DNA of 59,637 bases, the filler included. It is 8 parts of 8 records of this genome, joined end to end, with 100 filler letters (N's around TTAATTAATTAA, not from the genome) between each part and the next. Parts side by side here need not be neighbours in the genome. Positions count along the whole stretch, not along the records: positions 31,171 to 36,482 come from SRR31147125_61692; positions 36,583 to 41,752 come from SRR31147125_61730; 6 more parts are not named here. One strand, given 5' to 3'. The notes beneath the pieces are model-generated. The model searched no databases and was not told where the DNA came from. It was given only the letters and a program-made list of their open reading frames with translations. Positions 32,498 through 41,852 of the stretch are shown here, piece by piece (the first letter of the stretch is position 1; each line of letters starts with the position of its first letter). Position numbers and translations under genes: made by a program.

Positions 32498-34449
32498 ATG
32501 AAGGAGCTTGAGACATTTTCACGGCCCTACAACAGCCGGATTATTGATGCTTATGTAAAACTGATATCGGTCCAATATCCGTCGGTGGATATTGAGGCCC
32601 TGCTGAAATTCTCGGACATGGAGACCTTTCAGGTAAAGGATCAGACCCACTGGTTTACCCAGGAGCAGGTCGATCTCTTTTACGAACGGGCCGTCCACCT
32701 GACGGGGAACAAAAACCTGGCGAGAGAAGCAGGACAGTATTTCGCCTCATTTCAGGAAGAGAACCTGATGAAGAAGTATTTCCTCAGCCTGATCGGACCG
32801 GTCCACGCCTTTGAGAAGGTGGAGTATGTTTCCAGAAGTTTTACAAATTACACTGAATATAAAGTAAATCGGCTCAGCAGGAATTCTGTGGAGGTGGAAA
32901 TCCACCTGAAGGGGGATGTCGAAGAAAAACCCTATCAATGTGAAAACAGAATCGGAATGCTTGAAGCCATCCCCATGCTCTTCAACCCCAAACTTCCCCG
33001 GGTGGAACACCCCAAATGCCGCTTCAGGGGAGACAAGGTCTGCCGTTACATCATCAGCTGGGAAAATTCCCGCTCCTCTGTTGCCAGAAGGATCGAAAAT
33101 TCGCCCTTCCCCTGATCGCAGCCGTTAATATAGGTCTGGCATTTTACGCCCCGTCGACCACTCTTCGCTATATCTTTCCCGTGTCCGCTTTCCTTTCCAT
33201 CCTTTTCTACGCCCTTGTAAAACGGCGGGAGGTCAAGGAGTTGAACAGCAAAGTGAGGTCGGCCCTGAAAACCACCGATGAACTGATTCATCAGATAGAT
33301 CTGAATCACAACAATACAAAGATCTCCCAGGAGCTGGGTGAAGCAGTCAATATCGAGTTATCCGTCGACTCCCTCCTCCAGAAGGCTATTCGAATCATAG
33401 AAAAACGGCTGGAGTTCGACCGGGGACTTATCCTCCTGGCTAACGGGGATAAATCAGCCCTGGAGTTTAAAACAGGTTACGGGTATCATGCAGGCTACCA
33501 GGAACTCCTCAATACTACGGCCTTCAACCTCAACAACCCCCAGTCCCGGGGAGTGTTTGTCGTCTGTTTCAGGGAACAGCGGGCCTTCCTGATCAACAAT
33601 ATAGAGGATATCAAAAAGGACCTGAGCCTTCGCTCCATTGCCTTCACTAGAAGCCTGGGCAGTAAGTCCTTTATCTGCTGTCCCATCGTCTGCGATAGTG
33701 AACCCATCGGCATCATATCCGTCGATAACCTTCACTCCCAGCGGCCCCTTATCCAGACCGACATCAGCCAGCTATTGGCCATTGCCTCGCTCATCGGTAT
33801 CGGGATCAAAAAGGTGAGGCTCCTGCAGGCCCGGGAACTTCAGTTCCAGTCGATCATCAAGGTCCTGGCCTCGTCGATTGATGCCCGGGACCCGCTTACC
33901 GCCGGTCATTCGGAAAAGGTGGCGGAGTATTCGGATGAGATTGCCCGTCGGATGGGATTTTCAAACCAGGAGCGTTCGGTTATCCGAATAGCCTCCCTGC
34001 TTCACGACTATGGGAAAATCGGAGTTCCCGACGATATCCTCAAGAAAAACGGCCAGCTGACCCTGGATGAATTCGAGATCATCAAGACCCACGCGGAGAA
34101 AACCAGTGATATCCTGGAACAGATAAACTTTGAGGATAACTACTCCTCCATCCCCGCCATTGCCGGCGCCCACCATGAAAGGCTTGACGGCCGGGGATAT
34201 CCCAAAGGACTGAAGGGAGGTGAAATACCCCTGGCCTCCCGCATTATAGCCACTGCCGATTTCTACGATGCCATCACATCCCAGCGTCACTACCGGAATC
34301 CTATGCCCAACGGAGAGGCCCTCTCCATCCTGCGACAGGAGGCCGGAGCCCACCTGGACCCCAAGGTGGTCAAAGTTTTTTGTGAATATCTTGCTGATGA
34401 ACAGAAGCAGTCTGCAGAAGATCAGGAAAAAAGAATTCTCAGCTTTTAG
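32498..34449 (+). CDS. V4R/HNOB-like sensor-2TM-GAF-HD-GYP c-di-GMP phosphodiesterase; one apparent frameshift near 33093
   Basis: CENRIGMLE...VEHPKCRFRGDKVCRY (V4R Cys pattern), two TM helices, GAF (FICCPIV...IGIISVDN), GHSEKVA, LHDYGKIG, HHERLDGRGYPKGL. Confidence 0.85.
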
Positions 34450-35262
34450 TGAACTCTGCTTTCGGAGTTTTTCCCCGGCAGATAATAAGGGGGGTATAGG
34501 TAAAACGGCGGGGATCCTCAAAGAAATCCCTGCACTCCTGGTAGAACTCCTTGAAACCCCCGGGGTATTCAGGGTAGGTGTAGCCCGAATCCCGGCCGGC
34601 AACAGCCACTTTCTGAAGCCAGTTAAAGGCCTCCCCCTCTTTCAGTTCACCGAAAATCAGGTGATGGTGTCCGACCCGAACATCGATATCCTCCAGGTTT
34701 AAATCGTACATATGGGTGTAGAGTTTCCGGCCGGCGTACGGGTCAAAATCATGATCCCTCTCCAATGCCGCAATACTGGATTCAATAGCCTTCTTCAAAC
34801 GGGGAGAGTGGCCGTAATGATTCATGCTGTTGTGATCCAGATCGATAAGACAGAGGATTCCCCCGGGAGTCAGAAGTTCTGAAAAACGGCGGACGAGTTC
34901 CGGTTGAGACTCTCTGTGATATTCCAGAAAAACCGGCACCAGATGAAATCAAATCGCCCGAGGTCCGAGAGATTTCCGTAGATATCCCGCTCTTCAAATC
35001 GGATTCCCTCACCTCCGTACGTCTTACGGGCGAACTGAATACGTTCGGAAGAGCGATCAACACCCACCACCTGACCATCAGCTCCCACAAGCTCTTTCAG
35101 AAAAGAGGTGGTTCTCCCGCTGCCGCATCCGAAATCCGCAACCCGCATCCCGGGCTCCAGTCCCGCCCAGCCAGCCTGCTCACAAACGGCCTTAAACCCG
35201 GTTTTCTTCTCAAGCCTGGTAAGCTCATCACAGCTTTCCATTATATAGGACGACTTTTCCAT
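34439..35262 (-). CDS. Class I SAM-dependent methyltransferase; one apparent frameshift near 34930
   Basis: VADFGCGSG motif I, VGVDRS, FDFIWCRF/FLEY, LTPGGILCLIDLD across ORFs 34870-35286 and 34439-34939. Confidence 0.85.
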
Positions 35263-35266
35263 TCCG

Positions 35267-36482
35267 CTATCTATCCTCATCTGCAAGTGTGTGTGGAAAC
35301 TTTGAGTAATACCAGGATTTCATCCAGCTCCTCTTCATGGCCCGGTTGAACATAAGCAGACAGAGCAGGCGAACAGGAATCCTGATGGCCGCCAGGGTCT
35401 TTATCGCCCGCCGGATCATCCCTGTTCCGGAATAGATCCTTTTCTTGATGTAGTTGTCTCCCCGGTAGACATTTTCTGCCGTAATCCCTTCTACCCGGTG
35501 AACCACCCTGGAGAGCCTGTACTGCGCCCAGTCCTTAGGAAAATCCTTCTGGACCAGTCGATCTTCGGCCTCCATCTGATCGAAGAGCTCGGTACCGGGC
35601 AGGGGCGTGAGGATGGCAATCTGAACAACATCGATCCCCGACCGAATGAGAAAGGACGAGAACTCCCGGTAGTAGGAGGGGGATTCAAAATCATTCCCGA
35701 TGATAAATCCTCCCATGACACCTATGCCGAAGCGGTGAAACCCCTTTACCACATTCCGGTAGTTATCCACCCCGATTTCAAAATTCACGCCCTTATGCAG
35801 CTGCTTCAAACCATCCTGATCGATGGTTTCAAAACCGACAAAGGCGATAAAACAGCCCGATTGGGATGCCAGCCGCAGGACCTCCGGATCTTTAACAGCG
35901 TTTATGGAAGTCTGCATCCACCACCGTTTGTTCATCTTCCGTTCAATCATCCCCCGGAAGATGGCCTTGGCGCGCTCCCGGCTGGCAGAGGTATTTCCAA
36001 TCAGATTATCGTCAAGGAAGGCGATATACTTCCCCGGCAGGGTTTCCAGCTCATCCAGAACATCCTCCGCCGTCCTCTGCCGGAATTCACGGCCCAGATA
36101 GCGTGTGACGGAACAGAAGGTACAGGCAAAGGGGCATCCCCGGGATGTCTGTATAGACTGCCAGAGGTAACGTGGGTCGAGGACATCACGCCGCGGCCGG
36201 GGCGGAGAATCCTTAAGGTCAATCTGTTTCCCCCGATAAATCTTTTTCAGGTCTCCGGCTTCGAAATCCTCCAGAACCCGGGGCCAGATCTCCTCCCCCT
36301 CGCCGACGACCAGGACATCGGTAAAATTCTGAACCTCATCGGTCACCATGGAGGCATGAATCCCTCCCATGACCACGGGGATACCCGCCTCCCGGTAGAT
36401 TCGGGAAATTTCATATCCCCGGTTTATACTGCTGGTAAACCCGGTAATACCGACGAGATCGGCGGATTCAAATTCAAAGGGG
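35267..36482 (-). CDS. B12-binding-domain radical SAM protein (5'-truncated)
   Basis: DLVGITG...VVMGGIHAS...VGEGE cobalamin-binding region; SRGCPFACTFC CxxxCxxC; FLDDN, GFET, LTPLPGT. Confidence 0.9.
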
Positions 36483-36582
36483 NNNNNNNNNNNNNNNNNN
36501 NNNNNNNNNNNNNNNNNNNNNNNNNNTTAATTAATTAANNNNNNNNNNNNNNNNNNNNNNNNNNNNNNNNNNNNNNNNNNNN
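36483..36582. other. Artificial contig spacer
   Basis: N44-TTAATTAATTAA-N44. Confidence 0.98.
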
Positions 36583-36584
36583 TG

Positions 36585-38768
36585 GTTGAGGATACCCAGC
36601 TGACCCGCGAGAAGCAGGAAGAGGCGGCTGCCGCTGTGCCGTTGGTTTACGAGTATGATCGCCTGTCGGGGACAAGTGCGATTGAGCGGATCGGAAGCGG
36701 GTTGGAACTTCTTCTGCAACATCAGGAAGCGGAAGAGAAGCAGGAACGTGAAGATTTTCTACTGCAACTGGAAGAAAAATTCGGGGTTCCCCTGACCGAT
36801 GACGACTATCTTCCTTTGAGTCGATTGCCGCTCGATCAGGGCCTCGCGGCCTTGACGGTCGATCTGCTGGATCCGATTTTCTCCCGACCGATTGTCGCCA
36901 ACTTGAATTCTTTTCAGGAGGACCGTAGTCAGGGATTGACCCTGACGGATCGCAATGACGGTCAGGATCTCGGATCCTCACTGCTGGATCGGACGATCGG
37001 TCTCAGTGAAGCTCTGGGCCAAGCCCAGGATGAGCTCTCCCAGATTGTCGATATCACCGCCCTGCAGAAGCAGACCCTGCTGAAAATTGTTCAGCAGCAG
37101 TTACGACCCAATCTGGCCTTTAATCAACAGGAAACGGAACGTCGTCGCCAAGCCGCTTCGGATGAGGTGACACCTGTTCTGTTCCAGGTCAAGAAGGGGG
37201 AAATGGTTGTCCGGGAAGGGGAGCGGGTGACCGCAGACCAGATCCTGAAGCTGCGGGCGATCCGCGACTCAGGGCGTGACAACCGGAGCCTGCAGACGGC
37301 GGCAGGTCTGGTCATCTGTATTCTTCTGTTGATTTACATCGGTTTCTTCTTTGCCCAGCAAAACGTCAGCAAATTCGGACCGGATTCGCGAGACCTGCTG
37401 TTCCTGACCGTGGTTTTTATCGCCCTGTTTGTGCTGATCAAGTTGTCGATTGTGATCAGTGCGGGAATGGCAAATACATTTTCGTACTTTGACTCGTCCG
37501 TCTATTTTTACGCCATCCCCTTTGCTCTGGGGGCGATGCTGGTCCGCATTGTTCTGAACTCCGAGACGGCTTTTCTTTTTGCCGTCTGCTGCTCTTTTCT
37601 GGTTGGTGTTCTCTTCGGCAATAACTTGCTGATGACGCTGTTTGCCCTGTCTGGAAGCCTTGTGGGGGCTCACGGGGTCCGGCATTGTCAGACTCGGACG
37701 ACCCTTTATCGGGCCGGATTGTGGATCGGCCTCACCAATATGGCCCTGATCCTGGGGATGCACTTTCTAAGCGGCCGAGTGTTTGAGCTTGAGCTGTTAT
37801 GGAAGCTGGCCTTCGGGTTCTCCGGCGGTGTTGCCAGTGCCATTGTGGTCAACGGCACCGTTCCTCTGGTTGAGTCGTTTTTCAAGTACACAACGGATAT
37901 CAAACTGCTGGAACTGGCCAACATGAACTCACCGATCCTGCGCCAGCTGATGATTGAGGCCCCAGGGACCTATCACCATTCGATCCTGGTGGGCAACCTC
38001 GCGGAATCTGCAGCGGAATCGATCAATGCCAATCCGCTTCTGGCCCGAGTCGCATCCTACTATCACGATATCGGCAAGATTAGAAAACCTTTGTATTTTA
38101 TCGAGAATTCCGGCGGCCAGCGGAATAAACATGACAAGCTGGCGCCTTCCATGAGCGCCCTGATTCTGACGTCTCATGTGAAGGACGGTATTGAACTGGC
38201 TCGGGAGCACAAGCTCGGAAGTGAGTTGATCGATATTATTCAACAGCATCACGGGACGACGTTGATCAAGTTCTTCTACGATCGGGCGAAAAACCAGGCT
38301 AATCCTGGGGTTCAGCAGATCGATGAGCGTGACTACCGTTATCACGGACCGAAACCGCAGACGCGCGAAGCCGCCCTGATTATGCTGGCGGATGCTGTAG
38401 AGGCTGCCAGCCGGACTCTGGCAGATCCAACGCCGGCCCGGATCCAGGGAATGGTTCAAAAACTGATCAATAATATTTTTATCGACGGGCAGCTTAACGA
38501 GTGTGATTTGACCCTGAAAGATTTGAATCTGATTGCGAAGAGTTTCAACCGGGTTCTTTCAGGCTCATTCCATCATCGCGTCGATTATCCGGAGCCGGTT
38601 CACATTGTCAAAGAAAAGGTCGAACCGGATGCGACTCCGCAGGCAAATGAAAGGCCGAATCTGAAAAGTGCGAATTCCGATCGAAAACCGTCAGAAGAAA
38701 ATACGAGTCCTGAAGCGGCCGCTGAGACAGATAGCGCAGAAGATCTTAAACGTCTTGGGATTTCCTGA
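36585..38768 (+). CDS. 7TMR-HDED/7TM-HD phosphohydrolase, PgpH-like (c-di-AMP phosphodiesterase family); 5'-truncated
   Basis: Extracellular domain, 7 TM helices, EAPGTYHHS, YYHDIGK, QHHGT, YRYHGPKPQTREAALIMLAD. Confidence 0.9.
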   Translation, partial: VEDTQLTREKQEEAAAAVPLVYEYDRLSGTSAIERIGSGLELLLQHQEAEEKQEREDFLLQLEEKFGVPLTDDDYLPLSRLPLDQGLAALTVDLLDPIFSRPIVANLNSFQEDRSQGLTLTDRNDGQDLGSSLLDRTIGLSEALGQAQDELSQIVDITALQKQTLLKIVQQQLRPNLAFNQQETERRRQAASDEVTPVLFQVKKGEMVVREGERVTADQILKLRAIRDSGRDNRSLQTAAGLVICILLLIYIGFFFAQQNVSKFGPDSRDLLFLTVVFIALFVLIKLSIVISAGMANTFSYFDSSVYFYAIPFALGAMLVRIVLNSETAFLFAVCCSFLVGVLFGNNLLMTLFALSGSLVGAHGVRHCQTRTTLYRAGLWIGLTNMALILGMHFLSGRVFELELLWKLAFGFSGGVASAIVVNGTVPLVESFFKYTTDIKLLELANMNSPILRQLMIEAPGTYHHSILVGNLAESAAESINANPLLARVASYYHDIGKIRKPLYFIENSGGQRNKHDKLAPSMSALILTSHVKDGIELAREHKLGSELIDIIQQHHGTTLIKFFYDRAKNQANPGVQQIDERDYRYHGPKPQTREAALIMLADAVEAASRTLADPTPARIQGMVQKLINNIFIDGQLNECDLTLKDLNLIAKSFNRVLSGSFHHRVDYPEPVHIVKEKVEPDATPQANERPNLKSANSDRKPSEENTSPEAAAETDSAEDLKRLGIS

Positions 38769-39129
38769 CGCAGAGCTTTCGATCCTTCTGCTCGATAACG
38801 CAGGTATTCATGAGATTAATCGTGACTATCTGAACCGGGACCGACCAACCAATGTCATCTCTTTTGCGATGCAGGAGGGGGATGGGGCCGGCGTCAACCC
38901 ACAACTGCTTGGCGATGTCGTAATTTCCGTTGAGCGGCTCGCCGATGATGCCGCTGAGGCGGGGATCCCTTTTGAGCATGAGCTCTGGTTTCTTTTGCTT
39001 CACGGGATTCTTCATCTGCTCGGCTATGACCATGAGCGGGGAACGGACGCGCAGGCTGAAGAGATGGAAGCGAAAGAACGGGACGTTTTTGCATTGCTGA
39101 CCTCGGAATTTGACGCTACAGTTTCCTAA
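38668..39129 (+). CDS. ybeY: rRNA maturation endoribonuclease YbeY
   Basis: NRDYLNRDRPTNVISF, LGDVVIS, HGILHLLGYDH. Confidence 0.95.
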   Translation: MRIPIENRQKKIRVLKRPLRQIAQKILNVLGFPDAELSILLLDNAGIHEINRDYLNRDRPTNVISFAMQEGDGAGVNPQLLGDVVISVERLADDAAEAGIPFEHELWFLLLHGILHLLGYDHERGTDAQAEEMEAKERDVFALLTSEFDATVS

Positions 39130-39162
39130 CGCGATAAATCGATACACGGGAGAAACAGACGG

Positions 39163-40020
39163 GTGGACAACGATCAATCTTTATCGGAGCCTGACAGTTG
39201 GTTGAAAAAATTGACGGACCGGTTCCGGAACAGACCGCAAGCAAACAGTGAAGAAGAACTTCAGGAGCTGATTGATGCCTCGGAGCAGCAGGGCATCATC
39301 GATGAAGAGGAAGGGGACATGCTCCAGTCGATCCTGGAGCTTGATGAAACAATCCTGCGTGAAATCATGGTGCCCCGCACGGCGATGGTCTGTGCCGATG
39401 CGGAAACGCCGTTCAGCCAGATTCTTGCAACCATTCTCAAGTCGGGCCATTCACGGATACCGATCTATCAGGGCAACATCGATAACATTATCGGACTGGT
39501 CTACGCCAAGGACCTGCTGCACTTCTGGGGGCGTCCCATCGATGATATCGCTCTGGATGAAATTCTGCGTCAACCTTACTTGGTCCCGGAGTCGAAACTC
39601 GTCAGCGAGCTGTTAAAAGAACTGCGTGAGACCCGGGTTCATATTGCCATCGTGATCGATGAATATGGCGGGACCTCAGGGCTGGTGACGATTGAGGACA
39701 TGCTTGAGGAGATTGTCGGCGAGATTCAGGATGAATATGACCGCGAAGAGGAATGGCTGATTGAGCAGCCTGATGGCACGCTGCTGGTGGATGGCCGGCT
39801 GAATATCGAAGATTTTGAAGAGTACTTCGATGTCGAGGTTGCTCGCGAAAAGTTTGACTCGGTCGGCGGCTATATCGTCGAACAGTATGGCCGCGTTCCG
39901 GCCGTTGGTGAAAAAATAGAGGTTGATGAATTTTCGATGCTGATTGTCAAAAGCGATGAACGAGCGATTCGCCAGGTGCGGATCTTCAACCCGACCGCCA
40001 AGAGGCAAGAACAGCCGTAA
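39163..40020 (+). CDS. corC: CBS-pair/CorC-HlyC domain protein (CorC/YbeX)
   Basis: REIMVPR, GHSRIPIY, AIVIDEYGGTSGLVTIEDMLEEIVGEIQDEYD; ybeY-corC-lnt synteny. Confidence 0.88.
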   Translation: MDNDQSLSEPDSWLKKLTDRFRNRPQANSEEELQELIDASEQQGIIDEEEGDMLQSILELDETILREIMVPRTAMVCADAETPFSQILATILKSGHSRIPIYQGNIDNIIGLVYAKDLLHFWGRPIDDIALDEILRQPYLVPESKLVSELLKELRETRVHIAIVIDEYGGTSGLVTIEDMLEEIVGEIQDEYDREEEWLIEQPDGTLLVDGRLNIEDFEEYFDVEVAREKFDSVGGYIVEQYGRVPAVGEKIEVDEFSMLIVKSDERAIRQVRIFNPTAKRQEQP

Positions 40021-40023
40021 CAG

Positions 40024-41539
40024 ATGTCTCGACTCCCGATCGACAGAACTCTGGTGATATCGGCCTGCTCAGGGGCTTGCTGGCGCTTGCTTTTCCCCGG
40101 CCCGATCTTTATCCGCTAGCCTGGTTTGCTCTGGTCCCCCTGCTGCGGGTCATGCCAAAGCGTCCCTTCGCCAGTGGCTTTACGGCCGGGATTACTTTTT
40201 TTGCAGCGGTTCTCTATTGGCTGAACATTGTCATGACCACCTACGGTGGTTTGGCTCCGCTCTTTTCATTGATCGCCTACCTGTTTCTCATCGCTTACCT
40301 GGCCTGTTTTTTCGGGGTTGCAACCTGGCTGTCTGAGCAATTGTGGCTCCACCGGAGAATTCCTGTGCTGCTGACGCTTCCCTTTATCTGGGTTGCGTTG
40401 GAATATCTGCGCGGTGTGCTGTTGACCGGATTCCCCTGGGCCCTGCTCGGCTACTCGCAGCAGAGCTTTTCCGCTGCTATTCAGAGTGCTGACGTGACCG
40501 GGGTCTATGGTGTCAGCTTTCTTCTGATGGCCGTCAATTGCGCACTTGCCTGGCTCTTGTCTGCACCGAAGAACAGGCTGAGTTGGCTTGGAGCTCTGGC
40601 CGTTTTCTCGATGACCGTGAGCCATGTCGGCTATGGGTTCTGGAGGCAATATCAGCCCCTCGATCAGCGTTCCGAGAGCCTTTCTGTTTCCTTGATTCAG
40701 GGCAATATCGATCAGGCTCAGAAGTGGGACCCTGACAATCGCCAGGCGACGGTTGATACCTATCGCCTGCTCTCAGAACAGGCACTTGAAAACCAGTCGA
40801 TCTCTTGATTTGGCCTGAGGCGGCAACCCCCTTTTTTATTCAGGATGAAACCCGCTCGCGCAGCAAGTACGTGCTTTGCCTGAACAAATGCAGACGGCGA
40901 TTCTTCTTGGCAGCCCGTCCTATCAGTTATTGGAGGATGGGCGTTATGACTATTTTAACAGCGCTTTTCTGCTGCCAGACGGGGATCGCTGGCAGCGATC
41001 AGACAAAAAACACCTGGTCCCTTTCGGCGAGTATGTTCCCTTAGGTCGCCTTCTGTCTTTTCTTGATAAGCTGGTTGTCGGCGTTGGTGATTTTTCTCCC
41101 GGGACAGTTAGTCCTCTGGATTTTAAGGGGCATCCTCTGGGGGTTCTGATCTGCTACGAAGTCATTTTTCCTGAGTTGGCCCGGGACTATGTCCGTCAAG
41201 GCAGCCATCTTCTTGTCAATCTCACCAATGATGCCTGGTTCGGGCGCTCCTCAGCACCGTATCAGCATTTATCCATGGCCCGCCTGCGCGATTGAAAACC
41301 GTATCTGGTTGGTCCGTTCGGCCAATACCGGCATCTCCGGATTCATTTCTCCATCAGGGGCGCTGACGTCAACCAGCCCACTCTTTGAACCCTCTGTGCT
41401 GAATGCAGGCGTCGGTCTCGGTTCCGAGAAAACATTTTACACCCGCTTCGGTGATGTCTTCGCCTATTTTTGTCTGCTCTGGACTGCTGTGCTCGGTGTT
41501 CTTCTCTGGCGCGGTCGGTCCTCTTCAGAGACCTCCTGA
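40024..41539 (+). CDS. lnt: Apolipoprotein N-acyltransferase; about four apparent frameshifts
   Basis: GFPWALLGYSQ, QGNIDQ, WPEAA, KKHLVPFGEYVP, LICYEVIF, TNDAWFG, RSANTGISG distributed over consecutive ORFs. Confidence 0.9.
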
Positions 41540-41616
41540 CCTTACTTAAGTTTCCGTCTCCATCGGCTATACTTGTAACAGAACACCATCCTCTTGTTTT
41601 TACAGGAGTCGTGCTG

Positions 41617-41752
41617 ATGTCTGTTGCCCCCGCTCAGCTTGTTTGTCTGCTGGTCGCTGCCGCTCTGGCTCTATGGCCTGGAACGTCAATCGGCGCGGTG
41701 GGTTCTGCCCCGACTCTGGACTGGGTGTTGATGGTGACCGGGACAGGAGGGG
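41617..41752 (+). CDS. N-terminus of a membrane/secreted protein (truncated); possibly a Na/Pi cotransporter
   Basis: AGGAG RBS and signal-like hydrophobic peptide ending LDWVLMVTG at the contig end. Confidence 0.3.
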
Positions 41753-41852
41753 NNNNNNNNNNNNNNNNNNNNNNNNNNNNNNNNNNNNNNNNNNNNTTAA
41801 TTAATTAANNNNNNNNNNNNNNNNNNNNNNNNNNNNNNNNNNNNNNNNNNNN
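41753..41852. other. Artificial contig spacer
   Basis: N44-TTAATTAATTAA-N44. Confidence 0.98.

Noticed and set aside
35498-36482. Long antisense ORF (346 aa) and similar shadow ORFs in the GC-rich contigs
   Set aside because: They lie opposite well-supported genes, an expected by-product of codon bias.
40024-41539. lnt as a pseudogene
   Set aside because: All catalytic motifs are intact and the breaks fit the window-wide indel error pattern.
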